The position numbers and the translations under genes were made by a program. From Octopus sinensis (Eukaryota): a stretch of 64,000 nucleotides of DNA. The stretch is taken from positions 22,568,001 to 22,632,000 of the forward strand of contig NC_043002.1 in assembly GCF_006345805.1 (NCBI RefSeq), written 5' to 3'. How positions within the stretch are numbered: the stretch's first letter is position 1; the number at the start of each line of letters is the position of its first letter. Below, one piece after another: positions 1-13,379 of this stretch. The notes below the pieces were generated by a model. That model saw nothing but the letters and a program-made list of their open reading frames with translations. It was not told where the DNA came from and made no database searches.

Positions 1-50
1 ATTTTTTTAAAAAAACTATCATTCGATATATTATACAATATTCATATTAT

Positions 51-144
51 ATATCTCTGAAGAGCAGAAGCGTTGTCTATAAATGCTTATCAATATAGGA
101 TTTCATAATAGAGACAACTCTTCTGTGAAACGATCGTAAGATGC
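51..144 (+). ncRNA. Type I hammerhead ribozyme motif, canonical core, Penelope-like
   Basis: Stem I TATCT(52-56)/AGATG(139-143). Core CTGAAGA(57-63). Stem II GCAGAAG(64-70)/CTTCTGT(120-126), extended by GTTGTCT/AGACAAC. GAA, then palindromic stem III ACGATCGT(130-137). GUA cleavage triplet ending at 138. Confidence 0.85.
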
Positions 145-344
145 TTTAAATAATTAATTCAAAACTTTTAAACTATCAAATTTATTTATACATTATATTT
201 ATATTTTTATATTTATTTGTTTATATATATTTTTAATACAATAAGTTCTTTCACACGGGTATGTCTTTGTGAGGAGTTTGGATATTAATTTCCTTATATT
301 AATAATAATAATATATTATTAAATATATATATATATATATATAT

Positions 345-415
345 ACAACGGGCTTTTTTCAGTTTCCATCTCCCAAATCCACTTACAAACTTTGGTCGAC
401 CCGAGGCTTGACCTA
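345..415 (-). mobile_element. SINE family B fragment
   Basis: acgggctttttcagtttccatc...ccacttacaaactttggtcgacccgaggct is the reverse complement of the family B body at 31385-31877. Confidence 0.6.
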
Positions 416-495
416 AGTGCCAATTAATATGTATGCATGTATGTATGCATGTATGTATGTGTGTATGTATATGTACATACCACCCACACACACAC

Positions 496-497
496 AT

Positions 498-587
<90 letters not shown>

Positions 588-627
588 GATAGATAGATAT
601 ATAGATAGATAGATAGATAGATAGATA

Positions 628-669
<42 letters not shown>

Positions 670-680
670 CTGATTGATTC
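496..680. repeat. (AGAT)n/(GATT)n compound microsatellite
   Basis: Directly visible tetranucleotide runs. Confidence 0.95.
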
Positions 681-1582
681 ATAGACAAACAAACACTTGT
701 GTACGTACATATCACAGACAACTAACACACATACATAAAATTAAAGCCCACAGCCGCATTCACAAGCGAGTAGAACGTGATGGCATGTTACCATGCTTTC
801 GCTCATTGTTTTAGGTGCTTATGCAGTCGCAAGCAAAAACAGAAACGTTTTCAATCCTCCTACCCTAGATCTAGCGGAACACTTTATCCAGGGTGGGACA
901 ACGGTTGGGGTGGGCTGCATCAGCTCTAAGCTGGTATCGATTTTCAAATGAGTTGAGTGAAGTAATGTAAGACAGAATAAAATGCCTTACTCAACAACTC
1001 ATTGCAACACCCGTTCTACGAATCAAAACTGGTACTTTTTAGTTATCTCACCCCCATAAAAAAATTGCCATTAATAAACCGGGTTATCTCCCCACTAGAA
1101 AATCGAGTTAATATGGCGACAAGAGATTGGATTAAAAGCGTTAGATCCTTTTGATTCAATACTTCAATACATTGTTGATATTTGGCCTCCTCAATAGGCA
1201 TGGTGTGATTTGTTATAAAAATATTATCAGATTCAATAAGATGTTTAATTTTTTCAGTTTTCATGCTAATTAATTTTTTCCCCCGTTTTCATGTTTATTA
1301 ATTTTCTCAGTTTTGTATGATTTTTTATAAAAATCTTTTCGGATTAAAAACAATGTTTCATCTTTTCACTTTTTGCGTTTATTAATTTTTCATTTTTTTA
1401 ATCATTTTGTTTTATTGAGGGTTAAATAATGTTTTTAGTTGAAGGACATAACCAAAAGTACCAATATTTCTTGTTAAAAGGGGTGAAATAACCCAATTTT
1501 TTAATGATGGGAAATAACCAAAATGTCCCTCGAAACCTCAATGACAAGATCGTGAACGCAACACTTTAACCACTAAACAAAG

Positions 1583-2560
1583 TATCAGTTGGTAGGAAAG
1601 TTCTTGGACACTTTTAACATACCCCTTTATTAACAATTAAAAAACACAACAAAGAACAATCAATCCAAAAGGTAATCACTCTTGTTATCGATCACCTTTT
1701 GCCATGTTTCAGGCAAAGTTTTGAATACTTTCATCCAGAAATCGCGTGGCTTTGAATCAATAAAGTCGTAAAGGAACGATTTCACATCTTCGTTTTCGAA
1801 CTCTGTATCGCCAAACGCGCGTTGCAAGGCAGAGAATAAGTGATGATAGTCAGAAGGGGCAAGGTCGGGAGAATACGGTGGATGCACCATAGTCTCCCAG
1901 CCCGCCTCCTTCATCTTCTCTGACGTCTTCTTTGCACGATGTGCTGGCGCGTTGTCTTGGTGGTAAATTATCGTCTTCAAATTTGTGCGTTTTCCGGCCG
2001 GCGCGATCTTTAGACGGTCGGTTTGTTCGCAGTAGACATCCTTGTCAATGGTGGTATTGCGTGGGAGAAGATCCAACATGATTACACCAAAGCATTCCCA
2101 CCAAATTGAAATCATAACCTTCTTTTGCACAAGTGGTCCTTTTGACGAAGGTTTTGGTTGTTGACCTTTGCTACACCAGGATCGTCTGCTCCTCACGTTG
2201 GAGTACAGTATCCACTTTTCACCCATAGTGATTACTGACTCCAACCAATCGAATCTTCGGCTTCGCTAGATCAGACTTTGACATGCAGTGACACGTACTT
2301 GTTTGTTTGCTTCAGTCAATTCATGTGGCACCCATTTTCCAAGATTGCTGACCTCGCCCAGACGATGCAGGTGGTTGATAATCGTGGCATGGGAGACGCC
2401 AAACTGTACCGCAAGTTGACGTGCAGTTTGCAGTGGATCGGCTTCAATGACTTGCAACAATGACTTTTTCACCAATGTAATAGAAAGAACGAAAGCCATA
2501 TTGATAATTTTAGATAGGTAATTTCGGACGTGATTTTGTCACTTAACATGTTCCATAGTT
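1583..2560 (-). mobile_element. Decayed mariner transposon (DD34D type), 3' part
   Basis: ORFs 2266-2499 (HTH region, KWVPHEL) and 1660-2244 (HQDNAPAH, HPPYSPDLAPSDY) are in different frames. The first catalytic D is lost (ITMGEKW). A probable TIR starts near 1583. Confidence 0.9.
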
Positions 2561-3156
2561 GAGCTTGACGATGACAATATTATTTTACAACACCATTTCC
2601 ACAAACTATCGACTGTAGACTACACCAGCATCACTATTGTATTGACTACCGCTACCACCATCACCATCACCATCAATATTGATCATCATAACCACCACCA
2701 CCACCACCATCGTAATTCACCTCATCATCACCACAGCCACCACAAGCACCAATTACAACAACAACAACACGTCTCATCCTTCCTTTCAAATTTGGCTCGT
2801 GTTCACTTGCTTTGGACTGCTTTGACATGTCATGTGTATATATGTATGTGTGTTTATGTATATATGTTGAGGGACATGTGTATGCGTATACATATATTTA
2901 TCTACGTATTGGTGTACGCAAGGATCTGTCAGTCAGTCGGGCTGTCTGTCTGTCTTTCTGCCTGTCTGGCTAACTGGCTGGCTAGCTGGCTGGCTGGCTG
3001 GCTGGTTGTCTGTCTTTTAATCTGTCCGTGTGTCGCTATTTATGTGTTTGTGTACATGTAGGTCTGTTGCAGTTTTGTCTATGTATGACTATATAATTGA
3101 ACTGTGGGGGATACGATGTGTGGATGCATTTTATACTACTGCGTGGGTGTATGTGT

Positions 3157-3632
<476 letters not shown>

Positions 3633-4008
3633 TATATATGTATGCATGTATGCATGTATGTATGTATGTATGTATGTATGTATGTATGTATGTATGTATG
3701 TATGTATAACAAGGATGTCCAGGTATCAGTGCATTGCGGCCGTTTCAAGCAGCTCCATTTAATTGATCAATGCAAGCATTACATCAATTTGAAATAAACA
3801 GCTCTTCTCAGATATTGTTGTACGCATCCGAGGAGAGCAGTTTATTTCAAATTGATGTAATGTTTGCATTGATCGATTAAATGCAGCCGCTTGAAACGGC
3901 CGTAATGCACTTTGCTTTTTATTCACGTAACTTCGAGCTGTGTGGACCATACCGGACTGACTTGATGCCTCAACTGAAGTACCTAATTCAACTGACTCTT
4001 AATTATTT

Positions 4009-4074
<66 letters not shown>

Positions 4075-4291
4075 TTTATGTGTTTTCTGTTGGGTAAGAC
4101 AATGTCATCTTGGTAAATGTGTGTGTTTTTAATGTGACCTGAGCGATATATATGTTCAAAATTTGTATCTAATGAAAACTTCACAGGTACATATACATTA
4201 TAACATACATATATACACAATATACATACGTAAGCACAGATTTATGCATTTATGTTTATTTACATATAAACCAGTCATGTACAGAGGGTTG

Positions 4292-4330
<39 letters not shown>

Positions 4331-4849
4331 CTTTCTTATTCTGGAAGAAAATAGCTGTTGTCTGATATGAAGTGTGATGGATTCCGCCGGACATATAAAT
4401 GTTTATCTTATTTACCTTGAAATGATGAAAGCAAGCTTCACCAGTGGGAATTGAACTCAGAACATAAGTCAGAATAAATACCATTGTGAACTATTCCGAT
4501 GTTCTAACGATTCTGCCAAATCGACCCCTTTTTTTTTTTTTTGTGGAGTCATAATATACTTTCCTTCAAATTATATTCAGTCACAACAAAAACAGGGGTG
4601 TAGTTAAATGATGAATGTGAGATCGGATGAGTTGACGTAGAATGATCCAAGGTTCTATTCAATGCGTCTTGAGTTCAAAATAGACCAAGTTACTAAAAGC
4701 AGTATTTATGTTGTCTGGAAGGAAAAAAAAAGAAGAAAAAATTGAAATCATTGACTGCTTGACTTGATCTTTACAGAATTTTGATGACATCAGTAACTTG
4801 GTAAGTTGTGATAAAAAGTTGTGAAAATTACTAAAATAATTATGATAGA

Positions 4850-5110
4850 GAAATCGGAAATTGAAACGGTATGGCCATGTGACAAGAAACTCCTGCCTGA
4901 AAAAGATAATCCTGTAAGACACGAAAGCAAGAAAGCAAGATAGGCCAAGGAAAAGATGAGCTTGTAACATCAAAGAGTGGACAGGTCTCAATTTCGCCGG
5001 TTCACAGAGAGCAGCAGAAGACCAAGAGAAAGGGAGAAATCTGGTTGCGACTTCATCGACGAACGCCCCAACGACCACACGGTCAACGAATAGGGTAGAA
5101 TAGAGAATAG
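4850..5110 (+). mobile_element. RTE-clade LINE 3' end fragment
   Basis: Manual translation RKLKRYGHVTRNSCLKKIIL*...RPRKR*ACNIKEWTGLNF...AEDQEKGRNLV matches the RTE C-terminal motif LKWYGHVTR..RPRKRW..IKEWTG. Confidence 0.75.
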
Positions 5111-5984
5111 CACCAAAATTGTATAAATAAACCATTTGAAGAATAGAACGGCCACATTCAAATCCATCTCGGTTTTGAATGGATGGCATGTCTTTCACAA
5201 TACCAATTATAAATTAGAAGTCAAAATGTTGGGATCCAGATTACCCATCGGATCTATGTTATTATATATGTTATGTTGTATCTTTGGTGGATCATTACGC
5301 CACTAAAAACACAAGCATTGGTTCTATTTCACTTCCTTATTTCTATTAGTCAATTGATTAACCATTTAATTAATTAACTAATCAATTGCCTGATTAATTG
5401 TTCAGTTAATCAATCAACCATCTAAGTTTGTCGAAGTTCTTTTGTCGCCGTTTGCAACCTCATCAATAGCACGCCATCTCTACTCGAGGTTTGCTCCAGG
5501 TCTTCTCCAAGTCTACTTCAGGTCTGTCTGAAATAAAACCAGTGCGTGTGATGATCATTGGCATAATGACCTACCCAAAATACAACAAAATATGTTACAA
5601 CAAACCAAATACAAAAACAAATTATCACGTGTGTCCTTTCTTTTTTAAAGACATTAAAATGTTAATTGTCGAAAATTTCACTGCTATTTCTAACCGGTCG
5701 AGATTATGTTTCTGTTGTCATTATTGATGTTGCTACCGCTGTTGTTGCTGTTGTAGTTGATTGGTTCATGTTGTTGTTGTTGTTGATGATGATGATGTTG
5801 GTGGTGATGGTGCTAAAACAGTGCGCGTTATTTTCTGAAAAGTCAAAGCTTGTGTCCCCCACAGTTTCCCACGGAGGTCGCCTGATTTCGACCAACTGTC
5901 TCCTCTGGGTTTGGTTTCTACTAATTCCCTTTACTCTTCGGAAGTAGCAGAGTTTAGAATTAATCACTTCTGCAACAAGCGTTT

Positions 5985-6665
5985 GCAACACCACCACTAC
6001 CACCTACACCACCACCACCATCACCACCACCACCACCACCACCACCACCACCACCACCACTACCACCCTAACTCAAAATCTCCCCCACTCCAAACTGTCT
6101 CTACCTCTACCTTTACCGCCCCCGATCCCGCCCCCATCTTTCCCCCCCACCACCACCACCACTGCCGTTGCCATCATTATCATTAGCACCATCATCGACG
6201 TATTTGTCGTCGTCATCATCAGCTTTTAGCCCCACCACACACACACATCCTCATCGTCATCATCACCATCACCACCACCACCATCACCACCACCACCATC
6301 ACCACCACCACCATCACCACCACCACCATCACCACCACCACCATCACCACCACCACCATCACCACCACCACCACGATCATCATCATCATCATCATCATCC
6401 TCATCATCATCATCATCATCGTGATCGTCATTACCCAAGACCTCATTCACCATTGAAAACATTACCTCCCCCCAATATCGCCACCACCACTACCACCTCA
6501 TTCATGATCACACCAGCACTTTCACCACTGCCTCTCCCACTTTCACAACTGCCATCACCACCACCAACACCAACACCAACACCACCACTTGCATCATCAG
6601 CATCCCTTGTTCTCCCCACCACCACCACCACCACCACTACCACAGCCAGCCATCATCACCCACCC
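5985..6665. repeat. (CAC)n/(CAT)n cryptic trinucleotide repeat
   Basis: Visible runs; they produce the poly-His ORFs. Confidence 0.9.
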
Positions 6666-7506
6666 CAATCACCTCCAGTCCCTTTTCTACCGTCTCCCTC
6701 ATACAGATACTCTTTCTCTTCCTCTCATTCACCACAAAATTGTGAATGAATGTTATCCTAGCTTCCACCGCCACTCTCATCATTTGTCCTATCTGTCTGT
6801 TCTGTCTGTCTGTCTGTCTGTGATGTTTGTCACTCATTCTGCTTATCTGTCTGTGTGTATATCTGCCTGTCACTCACTTTGCTCCACTTTCATTCTGTCC
6901 TTCTCCCCGTGTATTGTGTCTACAAGTCTATCTGTCTGCATGCCAGTCGGCTTTTCTCACTTTCTGTACGTCATCGCATCTGCCTGTCTGTCTGTATGTC
7001 TGTTTGTCAAGTTGCCTGTATGTCTGTCTGCTAACAAAGAGACAAAGCCTCATCATTAGAATATTGATAACAAAGGATATAAAAATTCATAAATCTTGAA
7101 TTTTAGAATGTCTTGCATATTTTCACTGTTCTGCTTACAGACAGAATTTTCAAAACGAGTATTAAATGGCTTCATCTTGTTTCTCTGTTCGAGTATGACA
7201 GGTTTTCTATATTACTGCTAAGACTTTTTTATAACATAACCAAATACGCCTCTGGTTATATTTTTTATTCAGTGAGATTTATTTAAATAGATTACATGAT
7301 TTCTTCAATCTATTCATCGCAAGAGATTTTGTCTGCGTGTTGTAATTTATTTATAATTTCGAACGAAAAATTAAGCAGTAAATATACAAGAAATCAAATT
7401 ATCAAGGTAAGGAAAAGAAAAACAGAACTACCTCACCAAAGAAACGACTAAAAAGGGGGGAAAAAGGGGGGGGTATTAAGAAGGGGAATGAGAGTAACAG
7501 GCTTAT

Positions 7507-7724
7507 ACTAGGGAATGTTGAAAAGATCCTGGCTTTTAGGCTATCGTAAAATGCCTTGTTGGAGGCCCAAACTTCCGAGTTCTTTTACAAAGTTTAGAAA
7601 AACGGCAGGACCTCTGCGGTAAATGTTTGAATCTGAGAGGAGAATATTTTCGATAAAATCATAATTAATTGATCCTCCAATATTTTCGTTTACCCAAAGC
7701 CAGGAAATTTTCAGTGTTCCCTCA
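7507..7724 (+). mobile_element. Mariner-derived MITE, about 220 bp
   Basis: TIRs tagggaatgttgaaaagatcctggcttt and aaagccaggaaattttcagtgttccctca. The interior is homologous to the copy at 55701, which encodes a mariner C-terminus. Confidence 0.7.
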
Positions 7725-8246
7725 AAGGTTGTACACCTCAGACCAAAAGGCGCGTTCAGCCGCGCCTTGCAGATACAGATGGAGAGGTGTTGCCTAGAAA
7801 AATTACCTGGGACACTCGCTGCAATAGCCACCTCACCTCGCGGGACTCGTTTCTCAGACAGGCCGTAGTTATACAGATTTTGCGGAGGAAACAAAATAGC
7901 GGGGTCCAAGAACACCAGAGGTCTCATCAGCGACCAGCACAAACAGCTAGCACTCGGTCAGGATTCTTTATTTCTTTCTCTTCTTATTCTCTGCGTTACG
8001 GACGGCGATACATGGGTTTCCGGCCGATGCAGCAAGTTCGGAGAATTCAACATATGACCACAGCATATGACAGAAGAGGATCCCCATAAACTGGTTACAA
8101 TATAAACAAAACTGAAAACATAATAAAATAAAATAAAATAAAATACGCAGATAAATAAACAAATGGAAGTAAATAACTATATACATTTTTATTTTTTTAT
8201 TTTTATTATTATTATTATTACTATTATTATTGTTATACATAGATAC

Positions 8247-8283
<37 letters not shown>

Positions 8284-8291
8284 TGATAATG

Positions 8292-8352
<61 letters not shown>

Positions 8353-8599
8353 TAATAATAATAATAAGTGAGTGTAAACACATGAACAAAATAAGAATAA
8401 ACAAAAACAAAAACAAATTACATGAACGTATATAAACAGGAGATACAAATATTATAGGCATACCCCCCACACACACACTAACTAAACATAGACGCACATA
8501 GAGATATACGCACGCGCAAATGAGACACATACAATAGAAATACAAAATGGCTGACGGTTAGTAAGGAGAGACACACAAATAAGAAAAAAGAAAGCAAAA

Positions 8600-8643
8600 G
8601 ACCACTGATGCGGTTACAGGAGTGTGACGAAAGAACTCCGGCC
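8600..8643 (+). ncRNA. Possible heavily degraded hammerhead motif
   Basis: GACCA CTGATGC G GTTAC aggagt GTGAC GAA AGAACT C CGGCC. A9 is changed to C, stem I has two mismatches and stem III is not palindromic. Confidence 0.3.
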
Positions 8644-8778
8644 GAAATAAGATTAAGATTAATGTAAAAAATAAATAACGCTGAAGCAAAGTAACACCAA
8701 ATATATAGTGCGTGTGTTTTTATTGGCTAAACTAGCAAAATGACCATTCCTAAATACAACAATATATATATATATATA

Positions 8779-10406
8779 CAGTTGCGGCCAAAATGTTCAG
8801 AACGGCATTGTTTTCGTCAGAAAAGTAGGTATAAGTTTTTATCAAAGTTGTTTTATGTTCTATAATTTTCAGACAATAAATACGATATTAATTGTTATTG
8901 TCTGAGATTTTTGTGTAATTTGAGAGGATAATACAAAAGTTATGGATGATTTAGTGATTTACTGCTAAACCCATGGCGGCCAAAATGATCAGAACGGTTG
9001 AAAAAAATAACTAAATGATAAAAAATGACAGAGAATACTGGAATTATTTAATATTTAGTGTGAAACTCTTTAGCTTCAATCACACTTTGACATCTTCGAC
9101 TGCATGAAGAACTTAAATTTTCAATTTCTTGCTAGGCGATCTTATTCCATTCTTCCTGAAGGGCATTCCATAAGTGCTCAGTTGTTTTAGGATTTCTGGC
9201 TTTTGAACGTTCTCCTAGAATATTCTACACATTTTCAATAGGATTGAGATCTGGGCTTTGAGCAGGCCAATCCATAATAATAACCTTTTCAGCCTTGAGG
9301 AAGTTCATGACCACCTTAGCCTTGTGACATGGGGCATTGACCTGCATGAATATGGGTGGTCGCTTAGTTGAATTTCTCAGTACAGGCAAGACATGATCTT
9401 TTACATGCTGTTTATAAACTCCTGTATTTACCTTTCCGTGTAATCGCACCGAAGTGCCCACACCATCTCCAGATATCAACCCCCAAACCATGACACTTCC
9501 TCCACCGAATTTAACACTAGTCTTAAGACATTTAGGCGACAATTTCTCACCTACTTTTCAACGAACGTACCTTTTCCCATCTGAGCCAAATAACATAAAC
9601 TTAGATTCATCACTGAAATGCACCGTTTTCCATTTTTCTTGAGTCCACAACACATGTTCGTTTGCAAAGGTAAGACGACACTTTTTATTTTTGGAGCTGA
9701 TCAGTGGCTTCACTGCAGGTGATCTTGCTTGTAGGTTATGTTCAACTAAACGATGAGACACAGTTTTTCGAGATAACGTTTACTTCAGTATAATGCTCAT
9801 TTCCCGAGAAACAGCAGCAGCAGTTTTAAATCTGTCCTTTTTAACCAACTTTACCTTAGCACGATCTTCTCTCTTGGTCGTTTTTCTTGGCCTACCTGTA
9901 GACTTTCTTGCTTCACACGAACCACAATCATCGAAGACCTTAAAAATACCGTGAACAACACTTTTTGACTTGTTAACAATCTTTGCAATAGACCCAATAC
10001 TTAAATTATCCTTCTTTCGAAGCTTAATAATCTGCTGACGAATTGGTAACGGAGTAAGTGGCATTATATTAACAAAGTACACTGCAGATATTCTTGCTAA
10101 TGTTTAGTAAACGAACCATCACGTAAACAAATTCAAAACATTAAAGTTCGCCGCGTAAATATACTAAAACACGGTGTAAAAGCAACCGTTCTGATCATTT
10201 TGGCCGCCATGGGTTTTGCAGTAAATCACTAAATCGTCCATAACTTTTGTATTATCCTCTCAAATGACACCAAAATCTCAGACAATAACAATTGATATCG
10301 TATTTATTGTCTGTGAAAATTATAGAATATAAAACAACTTTGATAAAAACTTATACCTACTTTTCTGACGAAAACAATGCCGTTCTGAACTTTTTGGCCG
10401 CAACTG
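8779..10406 (-). mobile_element. Full-length Tc1 transposon (IR/DR type), inactive
   Basis: About 220-bp TIRs (8779-9000, 10183-10406) start CAGTTG and are flanked by TA; each holds two ggccaaaatg.tcagaacgg direct repeats. The transposase is split into 9780-10082, 9558-9761 (FSDESKF) and 9225-9542 (QVNAPCH, a D>V change; WPAQSPDLNPIEN). Confidence 0.95.
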
Positions 10407-10419
10407 TATATATATGAGG

Positions 10420-10880
10420 GAATGATTGTGCGAAAGAATAATGATATGTATAATACCGGAATGATTGACAATGCAACATAATTACAAGACAGTAGAATAA
10501 GAGAATATTTAAAGTTACAAAATTAGCTGAATGATACCGGAAATGAGAGAATAATAGAATGACGGATAAATTCAATTGCAGAATAAATGAATGACGGAAT
10601 AGCTGAACAACTGATGGAATAACATAAATACAGAAAAACTTAGATGAAGAAATACTGGAATTACAAGATTTGTCGAATAAACGAATTACTGATTACAGAC
10701 GAATGTGAATGATAGAATTACTGAATTATAGAATAAACTGAATGGAAAAATTTCTGAATAACGTGAATGATGGAATAAATGAATTACAGTTAAAAGTGTA
10801 TTACAGAATTACAGAACTAATGCGAATAGTGGGATAACTAAATTACAGAATCACGTGAATCATAGAATAAGGATATATAA
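10420..10880 (+). repeat. Degenerate GAATTACAGAAT-type short-period repeat
   Basis: Recurrent gaattac/gaataa motifs. An inverted copy lies at about 11040-11200 and another forward copy at about 12660-12930. Confidence 0.55.
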
Positions 10881-11213
10881 AGTTACAAGGCTGCAAATCT
10901 GGGAAAAGGGACTAGTCAACTAAATGAATCCCACTACGCGACAGCTATTTCATTCTACCGACCCCGGAGGAATGAAAGCAATGGTGACCCTGGAGATATT
11001 TGAACTTCCCAGATTTGAAGACATCTGGCTTTTTTTTACATATGATTATTCCATCATTCATGTTAATCTGTTATTCAGTTATTCCATCATTCACTTAATC
11101 TGTAATTCTTATTTTACCACTAACTTTATTCTGTAATTTTCTTATTCTACCATTCACATTATACTGTAATTCAATCATTCACTCAATTCTATAATTCAAT
11201 AATTCCATATATA

Positions 11214-11985
11214 CAGCAGGGAGCCTGGACCAAATGGGACATTCCCGAACTGAATATCACGTGGACGTACCTGCGGAGACTTGAACCTTTCTGTATCTCC
11301 TTCCTACTGTGGTTAGTGTACAACACACTTCCAACGTCAAAAACCTTCACATATGGAGTTTGAAAGAGAACCAGCTGCGTAAACTTTGCGGAGAAAGGGG
11401 CACCACAGCACACAACTTGCCAGGTTGCAAAACAGCATTTACCCAAGGGAATATAAGTGGCACCGTGATAAGGTACTTGCGACACTCGCTCTCCTTGGAA
11501 GACGAAAGTGACAAGGCATCCTAACAGCGGGGTGAAAACAACGCTAGCAATCAAATTCGTAAGAGAGGAAGAAAAGCCAGTGAGGACAGCAAAAAGAACA
11601 GGTAGTCTACTATATGGAGCCTAGTCAAAGGATATGAAAGTAGTCCTTGGGGGAAAACTACAGTTTCCCTATGTCGTCCAAACAACGTCGAGTCCAGATG
11701 TTATGTTGTCTGGAAAGGCAGAGAAAATAATTTTGATTGAGCTTATAGGGCTGTGGTGGGGGAAGTGTGCGATCAAGTCTTTGAATGGAAACGTACCAAG
11801 CTCCAGACAGTGAGGAGGAATGGCAGTCATGGCTAATCCCAGTCGGAGTTGGCTGCAGAGAATTCCTTGGCCAGTCAGTATGAAGAATGTTTACAGTGAG
11901 TGGAATAAGACAAAAAGAAAAGAGAAAGGTAACTGAGTGCTGGATTAAAGAGGCAATGGAAAGAGCAAAAAGAGCATGTGTTTAA
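11214..11985 (+). mobile_element. HERO-type non-LTR retrotransposon 3' fragment (CCHC plus RLE)
   Basis: Manual translation: QQGAWTKWDIPELNITW..LEPFCISFLL..YNTLP / NLHIWSLKENQLRKLCGERGTTAHNLPGCKTAFTQG / KLQFPYVVQTTSSPDVMLS..KIILIEL / WQSWLIPVGVGCREF..EAMERA. Several frameshifts and stops. Confidence 0.85.
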
Positions 11986-12260
11986 TGAGCGAAAACACCT
12001 AAAGTTCCACGAGGCTCCGGCATGGGGTGGTGGCGACCCCTGTTGTACTCTTTCGCTCCAACTTTCTCTCACTCTTTCTTCCTGTTCCTTGTCCCCGACC
12101 TCCTACGCAACCGCTGAGCCTGGATGCGCATTCATCCATCCATCGATGCTCTCGGTGTTGGGGGGTTGACCTGCTTTCTCTTCTGCGGGTCTTACGAATA
12201 GCAAAGGACTTCTCCCATCTTGCGAGTTCTAGGACGAAGACCGTTCGCTCAACAGCAACA
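11986..12260 (+). mobile_element. SINE family C 5' body joined to a different 3' segment
   Basis: 11986-12085 matches 54328-54425, then diverges into ccttgtccccgacctcctacgcaaccgctgagc... Confidence 0.55.
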
Positions 12261-13119
12261 GCAGAAAGAGCAGAAAGAGCTGAAAACCAGGAGGAAATGA
12301 TAAACAGTGGTTTGGCCATCACTGCTGGCCAACGAACGGTAAGTTGATACGGTTCAAAGTTGAAACACAATTATCGTTTACTGATATTCATTTCTACTTA
12401 ACGCTATATTCACCAAACGTTAATGAAAATAAAACTACCGTTTTTACGTGATAATTTCAATATTCACTTCGCATAAAAATAAGCAAAACGTTTTGTCCAA
12501 CCAATGATTATTAAGATAGGCGCAAAATCAGAAATTTTGGGGAGGCGTATGGTTGATTAGATCGATTCTTGTGGAAAAAAAATTAGAGTTGATTTCGTGT
12601 GATTTTGAACTCAAGATACAAAGAGCCACAACAAATACTTCAAGACATTCAACGGTTCTACCAATCAATGGTAGAATGATGTAATGAATAAACCAAATAA
12701 CTGAATTACAAAAGAATAGCCTGAGTGAGGAATAACTAGAATGATGGAATAACTGAATCACAGAATGATAGAATTGCTGAACTGAATTAAACTGAATGAA
12801 TGAATTGGCAGGAAAGTTTAAACGAATGAATGAATATTTGGAGAGAATAACTGAATGAATTGTATGATGAATGAATATGTGAATAATAAAAAGATAAATA
12901 AATAAGTGATAAAATAGATGAATGACTGAAAGAATCCGTTAATCTCTTGCTCGTGCTATTTCTCTAACAGTCCATCATCACTATAAATACCACCACCATC
13001 AACATCAAAATCAGCAAATCCAACTGCGACACATCTGTCATTCTGACAAAGGAAAACAACAACCAGAACAACAGAAACAACCACCGCACAATACACTGAT
13101 AATAATAATAATAATAATA

Positions 13120-13154
<35 letters not shown>

Positions 13155-13379
13155 TAATAATAATAATAACAACAACAACAAGAGCAGCAGTTAGAGCAAT
13201 GAGGAGAACGACGGCGAAAGCGAAATGAAAAAGATGTGTAAGTTGTGAAAAATATAAAAACAAAGCGGAAGTGGACGATTAGGGAATCCGGTGGACCAAA
13301 CAGACAAGAAGAAACTTAATGGGAACTCTGTTGACATTTCCAAAATGTTGGCGCCCGATAGCGAAAGATACGGTAATTA

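Noticed and set aside
1043-1264. 73-aa non-repetitive ORF possibly from a transposon
   Set aside because: No recognisable motif, and no family assignment was possible by eye.
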